A stretch of DNA of 64,000 nt, taken from NCBI GenBank assembly GCA_038044405.1, contig JBBTAC010000002.1, positions 58,547 to 122,546 on the forward strand. The letters run 5' to 3'. Made by a program: the position numbers and the translations under genes. Position 1 is the first letter of the stretch. Every line of letters starts with the position of its first letter. The DNA comes from Nanobdellota archaeon. GTDB lineage: Archaea; Nanobdellota; Nanobdellia; Pacearchaeales; GW2011-AR1. A model generated the notes under the pieces. It saw only the letters and a list, made by a program, of their open reading frames with translations, was not told where the DNA came from and did no database searches. This document shows positions 36,256 through 46,122 of the stretch, piece by piece.

Positions 36256-37716
36256 TTAATCGATAGGGATATTATTTTTTATAATAAATGCTATCTTTGG
36301 GTCTGAAACAATGTATTCCTTTTCCATTCCAGGAGTATCTTCTTTTTCTCTGACAACGCCATAGTTTTTCATTATTTTAATATGAGAAGACCCTGCTTGA
36401 TGCTCTAACTTTAAAACCTTCATAACATCTTTCACTTTGAATTCTGTCTTGCCAATATTTTTAAGTTTGCTAATAATTCCACGAATATCTTGTTTAGTTC
36501 CTTTTTGTGCAGGATATAAAGAGTAAAAATCGTAATTCTTCAAGAAATGTATTATACCTTGACTAACGGCTTGATTTGAAAACAGACTTGAATTAGAATT
36601 TATATTTGATTGTTGGTCGTAGATATTGCTCATTAAATGCAAAAAATCTCTAGGGGATTTATTAGCTAAATTAGCCAACATACTAATGTGACTTTTGTCC
36701 TGGAAAATTGATTCTAAGGTAGTATTTCCATTTGAAAAATAAATAATTCTTTTTTTCATAATATCTACTAGATCGTATTCTGCCCAGTTGACATCAATTG
36801 GTTTTATCTTGTCAAAACGAACTCCTTCCGAATTCAGTTCTTTTTTAACTTTAGACCACAAGATGAATACAAAGGCGAATTTTTTGTTTAATATCAACTG
36901 ATTATTTTTCAATAGAGGAAGTAAAATTCTAACTTCTTCATCAATTTTTGAAGCTATTTCTGGCTGTTCGTCTATTTTATCCAGGAATAGCGTAGTGGTT
37001 TTGTAATCCAATTTAACTATTAAATTTAACAAATCTTCTAAAATTTCCAATGCACCGTTCTCCTGGATTTCCCCAAGATTTATTTTTTCCGTATTTTCTT
37101 GTATTAAAGGAATATATTCTTTGTAAAATTTTGCCCCGCCCTGATTTGGAAGACCTAAGGATTTAGAGACAAAATCGCTAGTCAATGTAACTGCCCCACT
37201 TAAAATATTATTTACTAGAGGGTTAATAACATCATTATACATCTTTTTACCAATATTCTCCTGAAATCTTTCAAATTCTTGCCTGGAAATAGTTGCAAAA
37301 AAGTTCTTTATTATAAAAGATAGCTTTTCTCTTTCAATTTGGTTTAGACTATTAACACCTTTGCCCTTTATTAGCAAATCTTGTATTAAAGTTTTGGTTA
37401 TTTTTCTTATGAGAAACAGAAGATACTTTAAATAAAGATGATTTCCCTTACCGACAAAGTCCGCATAATTGTCAATTAAAACTATTAGAGAGTTCTCATC
37501 TTCTGCTAAATCTTCAATTAATCTGAACATAAGGGCAGATTTACCGCTTCCTCTTTCTCCAAAAACATACCGAGAGTTGTTATTCAATAAGTCCTGGAAA
37601 ATTGTAGAATAATATTTAGGTTCATAGAAGATATATTTAAGATATTCAACTTCTTCTTCTGCGGAAAATCTGGAAAAGGGATTTTCCTTAAACCCCATTT
37701 TTTGATATAGTGTCAT
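36256..37716 (-). CDS. P-loop ATPase (Sll1717-like) with C-terminal winged helix
   Basis: NPFSRFSAEEE, Walker A GERGSGKS, Walker B LFLDKIDE, SPRDFL sensor, wHTH-like end. Confidence 0.75.
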   Translation of the reverse strand: MTLYQKMGFKENPFSRFSAEEEVEYLKYIFYEPKYYSTIFQDLLNNNSRYVFGERGSGKSALMFRLIEDLAEDENSLIVLIDNYADFVGKGNHLYLKYLLFLIRKITKTLIQDLLIKGKGVNSLNQIEREKLSFIIKNFFATISRQEFERFQENIGKKMYNDVINPLVNNILSGAVTLTSDFVSKSLGLPNQGGAKFYKEYIPLIQENTEKINLGEIQENGALEILEDLLNLIVKLDYKTTTLFLDKIDEQPEIASKIDEEVRILLPLLKNNQLILNKKFAFVFILWSKVKKELNSEGVRFDKIKPIDVNWAEYDLVDIMKKRIIYFSNGNTTLESIFQDKSHISMLANLANKSPRDFLHLMSNIYDQQSNINSNSSLFSNQAVSQGIIHFLKNYDFYSLYPAQKGTKQDIRGIISKLKNIGKTEFKVKDVMKVLKLEHQAGSSHIKIMKNYGVVREKEDTPGMEKEYIVSDPKIAFIIKNNIPID

Positions 37717-37844
37717 TTTTTCTTTAAGTCCTTTTTAATTAGTTCTTCAAGATATTTTGAAATATCTTTATTAGCATCGATGCAATGTTTTTTAGCTTCC
37801 TTCCAGACTTCCTCTTCTATATTAATACTTGTCTTCTTAATCAT
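37713..37844 (-). CDS. 43-aa ribbon-helix-helix (CopG/Arc-like) regulator (not in ORF track)
   Basis: MIKKTSINIEEEVWKEAKKHCIDANKDISKYLEELIKKDLKKK; ATGA overlap with ATPase start. Confidence 0.75.
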   Translation of the reverse strand: MIKKTSINIEEEVWKEAKKHCIDANKDISKYLEELIKKDLKKK

Positions 37845-37847
37845 TCT

Positions 37848-37951
37848 TAGGTATATACCTACTAAGGCATTTAAATTTAATTGCAACAAAAAATATACTT
37901 CAAGTTCACGGAATGTTTAAACAGCAGAGGAGATATACCTATATAGGTATA
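37848..37951. promoter_or_regulatory. Two perfect palindromes sharing half-site TATACCTA (putative RHH operators)
   Basis: TAGGTATATACCTA at 37848-37861 and TATACCTATATAGGTATA at 37934-37951. Confidence 0.6.
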
Positions 37952-38092
37952 ATAGTATATGGAACACTTACTTAGTGCCGAGCCAGTTTTCAGATAAGAA
38001 CACATTACTATTAAACTAAATTAAACAGCAAAAAGCCAGGAGCTTAAATCAATGAAAGCCACTAATTCCTAACACTCTCTCTTTAAATCCGT

Positions 38093-38755
38093 TTAATCTT
38101 GTATTTTTTGTAAAAACCTATCTAATTGTTTTGCTTTTTGTAGATAATCTAATATTACAAAGCCAGCTTTAATTGCTGTTTCGCCGAAACTAACAATGCC
38201 ATCTTCATGTCCATCCATAGCAAAAATGTTTTTATTCATGAATTCTGGATAAATTCTCTTAACTTCTTCAGCCATTTCTGGAGTACCATATTCAACTTTT
38301 TTATCTGTTGAAGGTATTTTTAACTCCCCTCTGTATAGCCATATTTCTGGTGAATGAACATGAAAGACAAATCTTGCATCATCCGACAAATCGTATACCA
38401 TTCCATGAGTCATTGATTCAGAAGAAGCAATTGCTTTTCCCTTTTGTGTTAAAATCAAATTTTTTTCAGGATAATATTCTAAAACAATGGCATAGTTATC
38501 TTCGGTTAAATGCTCTAAATTGCCAGTTTGCGAGCCTGTAATAACAAAACTTCTTTCATTTTTAGGAGGACTATTCTTTTCTAACCTCATACTTAAATTT
38601 CCATATCCATAACCAGAGTAACGATCTTTATCTTGTCCAACTAATTTATGCAAATATAAAACTGCTCTCCACGCATTTAAATCTTTTAAATCAGGCATTT
38701 TTATATCGCCGTCAACAATTTTATCCTGATATTTTCTGACGCCTTCTGATACCAT
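38093..38755 (-). CDS. Class II aldolase/adducin family protein (start reassigned to MVSEG)
   Basis: GYGNLSMR, FVITGS, ASSESMTH, FHVHS, GTPEMA, GHEDG. Confidence 0.85.
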   Translation of the reverse strand: MVSEGVRKYQDKIVDGDIKMPDLKDLNAWRAVLYLHKLVGQDKDRYSGYGYGNLSMRLEKNSPPKNERSFVITGSQTGNLEHLTEDNYAIVLEYYPEKNLILTQKGKAIASSESMTHGMVYDLSDDARFVFHVHSPEIWLYRGELKIPSTDKKVEYGTPEMAEEVKRIYPEFMNKNIFAMDGHEDGIVSFGETAIKAGFVILDYLQKAKQLDRFLQKIQD

Positions 38756-38766
38756 GGTACTAAAAA

Positions 38767-38949
38767 TTAAAGGAGATTTATAAATTTGTTGGATGTTTCT
38801 GTCCCACAATGTATTATCTGCTTTAGATGGTCTAAATGTGCATAATCCAATTCATCAGCTCTGCCCTCTTCAAAATATTTTTCTTTTGACATTGTGAATT
38901 TTACATCTTCTCTAATCTTTTCATTTACCTTTGTTTTTAATTCGACCAT
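38767..38949 (-). CDS. Hypothetical 60-aa protein
   Basis: AGGT SD; lies within a co-oriented gene run. Confidence 0.5.
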   Translation of the reverse strand: MVELKTKVNEKIREDVKFTMSKEKYFEEGRADELDYAHLDHLKQIIHCGTETSNKFINLL

Positions 38950-38954
38950 GAGAA

Positions 38955-39332
38955 TTACCTTTCTACAAATGCACTAAATCCACCATAAGCCATTCTATTC
39001 ATTTTAAATGGCATAGGCATATCCTTCATTTTTTCTGGAGACATAGCTGGATCTTTCATAACGGCAGCATTTACTTTATCTCTATGAGTTTTTGATTTAT
39101 AGACAATGAAAGAAAAAATAACAGTTTCATTAGATTTAGTTTTTGCTAACTCTGTAAATTTTGCCGGCTGCATGTTAGGATCCCCTTTAGGATTTAGATC
39201 GTCTCCGATACACTCATAATACTCTAAAGCTCCGTGCTTCTTCCAAATTTTAGCCCCTAACTCCGCCATCTTTTTATAGGTCTTCAAATTTTTCTTTGGA
39301 ATAGCGATAACAAAACCATCAACATATTTCAT
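38955..39332 (-). CDS. DUF1428 (YbaA-like) protein
   Basis: YVDGFVIAIP, HGALEYYECIGDD, HRDKVNAAVMKDP, RMAYGGF. Confidence 0.9.
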   Translation of the reverse strand: MKYVDGFVIAIPKKNLKTYKKMAELGAKIWKKHGALEYYECIGDDLNPKGDPNMQPAKFTELAKTKSNETVIFSFIVYKSKTHRDKVNAAVMKDPAMSPEKMKDMPMPFKMNRMAYGGFSAFVER

Positions 39333-39388
39333 ATTTTCACCTTATTATCTTAAATTAAAGAAAGTTTATAAATATAATGATTAGGTTG

Positions 39389-39760
39389 CTATTTACACCC
39401 AGAAAGCAATCTCAATTCGTCTAAATTTTTAATACCATAATATAACTTATCATTAATCTCCCATGCAGGAACACTTTCTAACCTAGAGCATTCTATTATA
39501 TTATCAGAACATTCATAATAATTTAGATATTTAATCGCCTCATTTCCAAAAAGGTTTTTTTGTTTATCGCAAGAATTACAGTTATTAATAGTATACAATT
39601 TCGCATTCTTTTCTGTCAAGCATTGAGCTAATTCTTTATCACTATCTTCTCCAATAATATAGCCAGTGGCTTTAGAAAACCAGTCTGTAAAGAAATATAA
39701 TACAGTAATTAATAAAATTAAAAAAGCAAAGGTGAATATAATCTTATGTCTCTTTTCCAT
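39389..39760 (-). CDS. Membrane-anchored thioredoxin/glutaredoxin-like protein
   Basis: LAQCL..AKLY..CNSC..QK.LFG, VPAW, LSGC. Confidence 0.75.
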   Translation of the reverse strand: MEKRHKIIFTFAFLILLITVLYFFTDWFSKATGYIIGEDSDKELAQCLTEKNAKLYTINNCNSCDKQKNLFGNEAIKYLNYYECSDNIIECSRLESVPAWEINDKLYYGIKNLDELRLLSGCK

Positions 39761-39852
39761 ATAATATGGTAAATTATTTCATTTTTATTCTTTTGCTTTA
39801 TCAAAAATACAGAAACCGAAAGATTTAAATACCACTATTTAGTGACAATAAT

Positions 39853-40218
39853 ATGGAAAATACAGATACCTTGGAAGAAAACGTAAAAGATAGAAAGTCT
39901 CATGTTGCATATATTACTATTTTTAGAGAAGATCATATAGTTACAGAAGCAAAAGGAGATAGAACTCTAGGTTTATTCCAACTTCCAGATAGAATAGAGT
40001 GTCAATTAGGCACAGCTCGCCAAATAATGGAATATCAATTCAATACAAGGGATATATCTAGAGGAACAGTATATCAGGGCGTTAGTGAAGAAGCTTTTCA
40101 CAAAATTTCTAAGAAAATATCAATGGCTGAAGATTATGGGGATGCAGCCCAGATTGCAAATTGGGAATTTCTTGAAGAAGACAGGCAATATAGATATTTA
40201 GGCAATTATATAGATTAA
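39853..40218 (+). CDS. Hypothetical protein
   Basis: ORF with BRE-TATA promoter at 39815. Confidence 0.6.
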   Translation: MENTDTLEENVKDRKSHVAYITIFREDHIVTEAKGDRTLGLFQLPDRIECQLGTARQIMEYQFNTRDISRGTVYQGVSEEAFHKISKKISMAEDYGDAAQIANWEFLEEDRQYRYLGNYID

Positions 40219-40227
40219 TTGACATAG

Positions 40228-40902
40228 TTAGCTTTCCAGCACAATCTTTTCAGAATTAGCGCCTAATTTTTGCAGTATATATTGAATTTCTCCAACAAAT
40301 CTTAATGGTCCGCAAATGTAAAAATGCTGATTAAAGTTTTTTATTTTATCTCTAAGAAAATTAGCGTCGATACGTTTATTTTCATATTTCACATTTTTCT
40401 CTCTTGTAAGTGTATAGATAACATTTAATCCCAATTTAGAAAATTCATCAAATTCTTTTTTTAATATAATATCCTTTTCAGTCTTATTTGAGAATATGAG
40501 TGTATTACCATTCAATTTATTATTATTTTTCAACTGCCTTAAAATTGCGATAAAGGGCGTTACGCCAGCGCCTCCAGCAATAAAAACTCCTTTTCCCTTA
40601 TAAGCTATTGCGCCAAAAGGTTCCGAGATAATAAATTCATCTCCTTCTTTCAAGTCAATCATTTTTGCAGTTAAGCCATTTCTTTCCTTATATGTCTTAA
40701 TTGTAAATTCAAGATTTACATGTTCATTCAAAGAAGTAAATGTAAAAGGTCTTTTCTTTTCTTTATAATCCTCTAAGTTTATAGATAAATCAACTGCCTG
40801 CCCCGGAATAAATTTATAATCCTTTGGCTTTTCAACAACAAATCTTTTCACATCATGTGTAACAAAATCAGCAGATATAATTCTTGTAATATTTGTTTTC
40901 AT
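40228..40902 (-). CDS. FAD/NAD(P)-binding ferredoxin/flavodoxin reductase-like oxidoreductase
   Basis: FIPGQA, RPFTFTS, FIAGGAGVTPF, FYICGP. Confidence 0.9.
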   Translation of the reverse strand: MKTNITRIISADFVTHDVKRFVVEKPKDYKFIPGQAVDLSINLEDYKEKKRPFTFTSLNEHVNLEFTIKTYKERNGLTAKMIDLKEGDEFIISEPFGAIAYKGKGVFIAGGAGVTPFIAILRQLKNNNKLNGNTLIFSNKTEKDIILKKEFDEFSKLGLNVIYTLTREKNVKYENKRIDANFLRDKIKNFNQHFYICGPLRFVGEIQYILQKLGANSEKIVLES

Positions 40903-41327
40903 GATAATTCAGCATAACTAAATAAAACTTTGAAAGGCACACACCATATCAATACTTTATTATATTTATTTATGTCGATACCATCAGGAATATCATAATT
41001 AATATTTCCTTTCGTTCCTTTTATTGCGCCTAAATCTATATAATCGCCAGCATCCAAACTTGATGCAAGATAAATATGCAAGTCAGGTCCATTTATTGTT
41101 TCAAAATCTTCAAATCGTAAAATCTTTTTTTGTTCATTCTCAATTAATAGAGCTTTACCTTTAACTTCATGTGCGCTCTGAATAAAAATTCCTTCTGCTA
41201 AACTATCAGAAGTTAATGGGATATTTTCATTCTTTTCTACAACTTTAAAAGCAGGAGAAATTAAGTACCAAGCTATACCAACTGCAATTATTATAACTAA
41301 AATAATAATATAAATTGATTTCTTCAT
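40899..41327 (-). CDS. DM13-domain protein, membrane-anchored
   Basis: NGPDLHIYL, DLG.IKGTKGNINY, VLIWC..F.VLFSYA. Confidence 0.9.
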   Translation of the reverse strand: MKKSIYIIILVIIIAVGIAWYLISPAFKVVEKNENIPLTSDSLAEGIFIQSAHEVKGKALLIENEQKKILRFEDFETINGPDLHIYLASSLDAGDYIDLGAIKGTKGNINYDIPDGIDINKYNKVLIWCVPFKVLFSYAELS

Positions 41328-41371
41328 ATAATCAACAATATCAAAGACTTTATATCTCTTTTTATTAATTA

Positions 41372-41668
41372 TTAAAATTTAAAAATATACTTGCTCAAGT
41401 CTATTTTTCCTTCAACTATTTTAACACCTTCTTTTTCCAATAATTCAATCTTCTTTTTTATCCCTCCAGAATACATTCCAACATTTCCATCAGATTTAAT
41501 CACCCTATGGCAAGGTATTGTTGGCGTATGCTGGTTTTTCCTCATTGCACTTCCAACAGCCCTATATGCTTTAGTATTCAAAGCAAAAGCAATTTCTTTG
41601 TATGTAGTAACTTTTCCTTTAGGAACCTTTCTTAAAAATTCGTAGCACCTCTTATTGAAATCTTTCAT
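41372..41668 (-). CDS. ogt: O6-methylguanine-DNA methyltransferase (MGMT)
   Basis: GKVTTY, RAVGSA, PCHRVI. Confidence 0.9.
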   Translation of the reverse strand: MKDFNKRCYEFLRKVPKGKVTTYKEIAFALNTKAYRAVGSAMRKNQHTPTIPCHRVIKSDGNVGMYSGGIKKKIELLEKEGVKIVEGKIDLSKYIFKF

Positions 41669-41670
41669 TT

Positions 41671-42762
41671 TTATACAGTATATGAAGAGGCATCTTTTAT
41701 AAAAAGATGCTCAAGAAATGGAAGTAAACTCTTCTTAGATTGCACAATTTCAAGAACTTTAGCGTCAATAGATGCGACATCTTCTCTAGATATTTTGCGA
41801 TAATTTTCATCATAGAAAAACTTAGGAGTATCTATTACTTTTAATGTATAGGCGCTCATTGAAAGAGCATCACCCCACGATTGCCTAAGTCCAACAGGGT
41901 TGTATGGAAGTTCTTCAATCCATTGATTAGCAGAAACAATATATTTTTTTGCATCTTCTATTTGCGGTACTAAAATATGATTATATGCCTTATCTAATTC
42001 ATCTTTATCGCTTTCTTTTAAATTAACAAGTTTAGAATAATCCAATCCTTGTTTTTCAACTAATTCACGAGGATATCTAAATATTCCTTGTTCTGCATCT
42101 TTATGTAAATCACGAATATCATTTACTAATTGAAGACCAATTCCAAAATCATGTGCTGTATTAACTCCAATAGTTAAATCGGAGTGTTCAGGCATAACTT
42201 TTCTAACATTTTCATCACTAAAATATCCTGCTTCTCTTGTAAGCTCACTAACCATGTACCCTATTACTCCAGCAGCATAATGGCAGTATCTATGGTGGTC
42301 TTCAATAGTTTGGATATTTTGAATACCTGGATTGGAAAGCCCGTCAGCCATTTCATCACAATATCTCCTTATTATATCCTGTACAGCAGAGGGAAATTCG
42401 CCCAATGCCTCTTGAACAAATCCAATATTGCTAAGAAGTTCTCTATATCCCTCAGATTTATCCTGTTTTGGACCAACTAATAACTTTTCAAGACTTGATA
42501 TCTCCTCCCTAGAACCGCCTCGCAAAATTCCTGGAATTCTTCTCATCAAATGTCTCTTATCAGCTTGAGCTAAATCACTATCTTCAAGCTCATCTTCTAT
42601 TCTTGCTTCTAAATAAGCTGCGCCAAGCCACATAGAAAGAGGTTTTGGAAGTTTTGCAAGAGTATATGCAAATGTTCTAGAAGATTTAGCTAATAGTTCC
42701 TGAATTTTAAGATAAAGCTCTTCTTCATTTTCAGCTAAATGCCCATTTTTATGATTTTCCAT
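41671..42762 (-). CDS. Squalene/phytoene synthase family (head-to-head prenyltransferase)
   Basis: SRTF flap, RIEDELED, YCHYAAGVIG, FGIGLQLVNDIRDLHKD. Confidence 0.85.
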   Translation of the reverse strand: MENHKNGHLAENEEELYLKIQELLAKSSRTFAYTLAKLPKPLSMWLGAAYLEARIEDELEDSDLAQADKRHLMRRIPGILRGGSREEISSLEKLLVGPKQDKSEGYRELLSNIGFVQEALGEFPSAVQDIIRRYCDEMADGLSNPGIQNIQTIEDHHRYCHYAAGVIGYMVSELTREAGYFSDENVRKVMPEHSDLTIGVNTAHDFGIGLQLVNDIRDLHKDAEQGIFRYPRELVEKQGLDYSKLVNLKESDKDELDKAYNHILVPQIEDAKKYIVSANQWIEELPYNPVGLRQSWGDALSMSAYTLKVIDTPKFFYDENYRKISREDVASIDAKVLEIVQSKKSLLPFLEHLFIKDASSYTV

Positions 42763-42851
42763 TTTATGATATTATAACGATATATATCTATAAATAATAT
42801 CGCAGTTAGTTATTTTTAAATGTTCCTACTACACAATTAACAACTAAATTA

Positions 42852-43754
42852 TCACATCATCTTCAATTTTCTTATTCTCTCATTAATATCTGGGTGTGTT
42901 GAAAATAATCCCTGTATTTTTTTCTTGAAAGGATCTGAAATAAATAATGGGGCAATTTCTCTAGGATAATTTTTTCTATCTTGTTCAGATAAATGTTCAG
43001 ACTTTATCTTTTCTAAAGCATTCATCAATCCATCAGGGTAACGAGTAAATTTAACAGCAGTTGAATCTGCCCCAAATTCTCTTTTCCTTGAAATAGCTAA
43101 AGAAATTAATTGAGTTGCGATAGGAGCCAATATTGCAACAGCTATTGCAATAATAAAAATCACCAACTGTGTCTTACCCTCTCTTCTATCATCGTGAGCA
43201 GAGAACCATAAATTTCTGAGAAACATCTCTGCAATTATAGCAACCATTCCAACTAGAACAGCAGTCAATGTCATAAATCTAATATCTAAATTTGCTATAT
43301 GCGACATCTCATGAGCAATAACTCCTTCTAACTCTTGTTTATTCAACTTTTCAATTGCACCAGTAGTCATACATATAACTGCATGCGCAGGATCGCGCCC
43401 AGATGCGAAAGCATTTATCTGCGAAGATTCCATAACATACAATTTAGGCATAGGCAAACCAGAAGCAATAACTATTGATTCAACTGCGTGAAAAAACATT
43501 CTATGTTCGTTCCTAGAAGCAGGCTTTGCCCGAACAGATGCAATAGCTATTTTATCAGAATTGTAATATCCAATAAGAATGTAAGACAATGAGAATAATA
43601 TGGAAAATATCATAATAATAAAGAAGTAACCTGGATTAACAGCCAGAGCAATAAAATATCCAAGAAAAATAAATATGATAAAAACTATAAAAATTAGAGC
43701 AATAGATTTCAACTTATTATTTCTAATTTCATCATAAAAAGATAGCCTCTCCAT
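42852..43754 (-). CDS. htpX: M48 membrane metalloprotease HtpX
   Basis: NAFASGRDP, AHEMSH, SRKREFGAD, FSTHP. Confidence 0.92.
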   Translation of the reverse strand: MERLSFYDEIRNNKLKSIALIFIVFIIFIFLGYFIALAVNPGYFFIIMIFSILFSLSYILIGYYNSDKIAIASVRAKPASRNEHRMFFHAVESIVIASGLPMPKLYVMESSQINAFASGRDPAHAVICMTTGAIEKLNKQELEGVIAHEMSHIANLDIRFMTLTAVLVGMVAIIAEMFLRNLWFSAHDDRREGKTQLVIFIIAIAVAILAPIATQLISLAISRKREFGADSTAVKFTRYPDGLMNALEKIKSEHLSEQDRKNYPREIAPLFISDPFKKKIQGLFSTHPDINERIRKLKMM

Positions 43755-43786
43755 ATTATAAAAAAGAAAATTATCTATATAAATGT

Positions 43787-43984
43787 TTATTGAGGTATAT
43801 AATTAATAGTTTCATCTATTGCATTAATATAGTCGTCATTTGTCTGAAAATCTTTATATTCTTCAACAGGAACTTGTCCAGTATTTTTTTCCTCTGAATT
43901 TGCAAACTTATTATTCATAAAGGCAAATGCAGATAGAACTAACACTAAAACTATTATTAATATCACAATACTTTGTTTTTTCAT
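43787..43984 (-). CDS. Small secreted/membrane-anchored protein
   Basis: N-terminal TM. Confidence 0.55.
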   Translation of the reverse strand: MKKQSIVILIIVLVLVLSAFAFMNNKFANSEEKNTGQVPVEEYKDFQTNDDYINAIDETINYIPQ

Positions 43985-44574
43985 TGTACACTCTTTATCA
44001 TTTGTTTCAATTCATTTAATTTAACAACTATTTCTGCTCTCTTCTCACCATCTAAAATACTCTGTTTTATGTCGACTATTAAATCAATAATTTCCGCAGT
44101 ATCAGAATCACTAATTGTACCAGCTTCATTTGCATCTTCAATTCTTTCCTCTAAACCATATAGCAATAATATCAAATAATTTCTTGCAGACAGCTCACTA
44201 GTGTTATTTTTAGAAAATCCAACAAGTCTTCTAAAACATCTATCTTTTTCTGCTCCAACATGATCATAACATTTATCTCTTTGAACATTTTTATAAAGTG
44301 CAATACATGAAGTAGGAGATTTCAATGTTCTGCACGCTTCTGGAACTCTAACATTATAATCCACATTTTCTTCCCTAGTCTTATTTTGCAATCTACATCT
44401 AATCCGATCAACTCTTATGTTTAAATTTTCACAATCCATTCTTTTCATTTCAGATGTATTGGTTGAATTTGTTTTCATTGACGAATTCCTTGGTATCTCT
44501 GCAGAACCAGCAGCATAGACAAATACAGAAGCTAAAAGAAGGAATATAAAAGAAATAAATAATAATCTTTTCAT
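43981..44574 (-). CDS. Secreted Cys-containing hypothetical protein
   Basis: Signal peptide; six Cys. Confidence 0.6.
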   Translation of the reverse strand: MKRLLFISFIFLLLASVFVYAAGSAEIPRNSSMKTNSTNTSEMKRMDCENLNIRVDRIRCRLQNKTREENVDYNVRVPEACRTLKSPTSCIALYKNVQRDKCYDHVGAEKDRCFRRLVGFSKNNTSELSARNYLILLLYGLEERIEDANEAGTISDSDTAEIIDLIVDIKQSILDGEKRAEIVVKLNELKQMIKSVQ

Positions 44575-44648
44575 AATAATAACTAATTAATTTATTATTT
44601 AAATATTGCTATGTCAAGATGCTTGTTTCTTTAATTCTTTTGCTATAT

Positions 44649-45203
44649 CTAAAAATCAACTTTAGGAACTATTCTTGCTTCTTGAGGTATCTGCAAAAAT
44701 TCTTTCTTTTGCTTACTATATAATTTAGCAAAAAAAGCTCCCGGGAATGTTGCAACAGAATTATTGAAAGATAATACAGAATCATTATAATGTTGTCTTG
44801 CATATGCAACTTTATCTTCAATAGCTGCTAATTCTTGCTGTAATTGTAGAAAATTTTCATTCGCCTTTAAAACAGGATAATTCTCTGCAAGTGCAAAAAT
44901 AGATTTTAACGCAGATTGTAATTCAGATCCAGCTTTTACCTTTTGCTGAATAGTTGTAGCAGAAAGCATAGCTTCTCTGGCTTTTGTTATATCCTTAATA
45001 ATTCCTTTTTCATGTTTAACATAACCCTTTACAGAATTAATTAAATTAGGAACAAGATCAGCTCTCTTTCTTAATTGAACATCAATTTGAGATAAAGAAT
45101 TGTCAATTATATTTCCAAGGACTGTAAATCTATTAAAATAATAAATAAATATTAATATAACAAATATAAAAACAGCCAAAATAATCCACAATATCAAATC
45201 CAT
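44649..45203 (-). CDS. lemA: LemA family protein (start reassigned to MDLILW)
   Basis: QIDVQLRKRADLVPNL, AENYP.LKANENF, ARQHYND. Confidence 0.92.
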   Translation of the reverse strand: MDLILWIILAVFIFVILIFIYYFNRFTVLGNIIDNSLSQIDVQLRKRADLVPNLINSVKGYVKHEKGIIKDITKAREAMLSATTIQQKVKAGSELQSALKSIFALAENYPVLKANENFLQLQQELAAIEDKVAYARQHYNDSVLSFNNSVATFPGAFFAKLYSKQKKEFLQIPQEARIVPKVDF

Positions 45204-45330
45204 TATTTTAAATGACGAGTTTATTTTATAAATCTTTGTAATCTCATATAACAAATAAAAAAGAGATAGATTTATAAATCAACTTTTCAAGTTATATTTT
45301 ATAAACCAATGAAGTTAATACAGAGGAAAC

Positions 45331-45639
45331 ATGATAGACTACTATGAAATTGTTGAGAAGGCCCGAAAAACGGGAAAGATCGATAAAGGCACAAACGAAG
45401 TAACAAAAGCAATCGAGCTTGGAGTAGCCAAAGCTGTTTTCTACGCGTCAGATGTTTCACCAAAAGAGATTATAGCTCATTTAGTTGCTTTATGCAAGGA
45501 AAAAAGTGTTCCATGTATAGAAGTTGATTCAAAGCAAAAATTAGGTATGGCGGCAGGTATTACTGTTGGAGCAGCTTCTATAGCGGTAATTAATGGCGGC
45601 TCTGTAGACAAAGAGATCGCGCATTTAAAATCAAAATAA
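45331..45639 (+). CDS. rpl7ae: 50S ribosomal protein L7Ae (eL8)
   Basis: [24 protein letters not shown]. Confidence 0.93.
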   Translation: MIDYYEIVEKARKTGKIDKGTNEVTKAIELGVAKAVFYASDVSPKEIIAHLVALCKEKSVPCIEVDSKQKLGMAAGITVGAASIAVINGGSVDKEIAHLKSK

Positions 45640-45648
45640 GTTTTTAAA

Positions 45649-45936
45649 ATGGCAAAACAACCGCAAAAGATTAAAGATAAAAAATCAGAAGGGAGCACTC
45701 TAGTTAAATTCTCTACAGAGGGCGCTGTTAATGCGTTAGTTGAAGAAATTGTAGGAAGAACAGGCGGTAGAGGAGAAGTAACTCAAGTAAAGGTCAAAGT
45801 TCTAGAAGGAAAAAATAAAGGAAAATCAATGAGAAGAAATGTTAAAGGACCTATAAGAATAGGCGATTTGCTCACGTTAAGAGAAACAGAAATTGAAGCA
45901 AGAAGAATATTAGGAAATATAGGCAGGTCAGTATAA
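45649..45936 (+). CDS. rps28e: 30S ribosomal protein S28e
   Basis: [32 protein letters not shown]. Confidence 0.93.
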   Translation: MAKQPQKIKDKKSEGSTLVKFSTEGAVNALVEEIVGRTGGRGEVTQVKVKVLEGKNKGKSMRRNVKGPIRIGDLLTLRETEIEARRILGNIGRSV

Positions 45937-46121
45937 TGGTAAAATGTAGTTTCTGCGGTAAGGAAGAATACGCGTTTAAGGGTTTGCATCTAATTAAAAG
46001 CGATGGCAGTATCGCCTATTTTTGTTCAAGTAAATGTAGATTCAATGCTCTTAAATTAAGAAGAGATAAAAGAAAGATTAAATGGACCTCTGCCTTTCAA
46101 GAATTAAAGAGTAAAAAATAA
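45936..46121 (+). CDS. rpl24e: 50S ribosomal protein L24e
   Basis: CSFCG...FCSSKC...KWT; conserved L7Ae-S28e-L24e order. Confidence 0.93.
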   Translation: MVKCSFCGKEEYAFKGLHLIKSDGSIAYFCSSKCRFNALKLRRDKRKIKWTSAFQELKSKK

Positions 46122-46122
46122 T

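Larger units (their letters stand above)
36198..38079. mobile_element. 1.9-kb cassette bounded by 24-bp imperfect inverted repeats (non-autonomous element)
   Basis: 36198-36221 GAGAGTGTTAAGTTTTCGTGGCTT vs revcomp of 38056-38079 GAGAGTGTTAGGAATTAGTGGCTT (20/24); subterminal partial copies at 36228-36250 and 38031-38047. Confidence 0.6.

Noticed and set aside
36198..38079. Autonomous IS element or dif/Xer module
   Set aside because: No transposase or recombinase ORF, no clear TSD, and the repeats lack the 11-6-11 palindromic dif layout.
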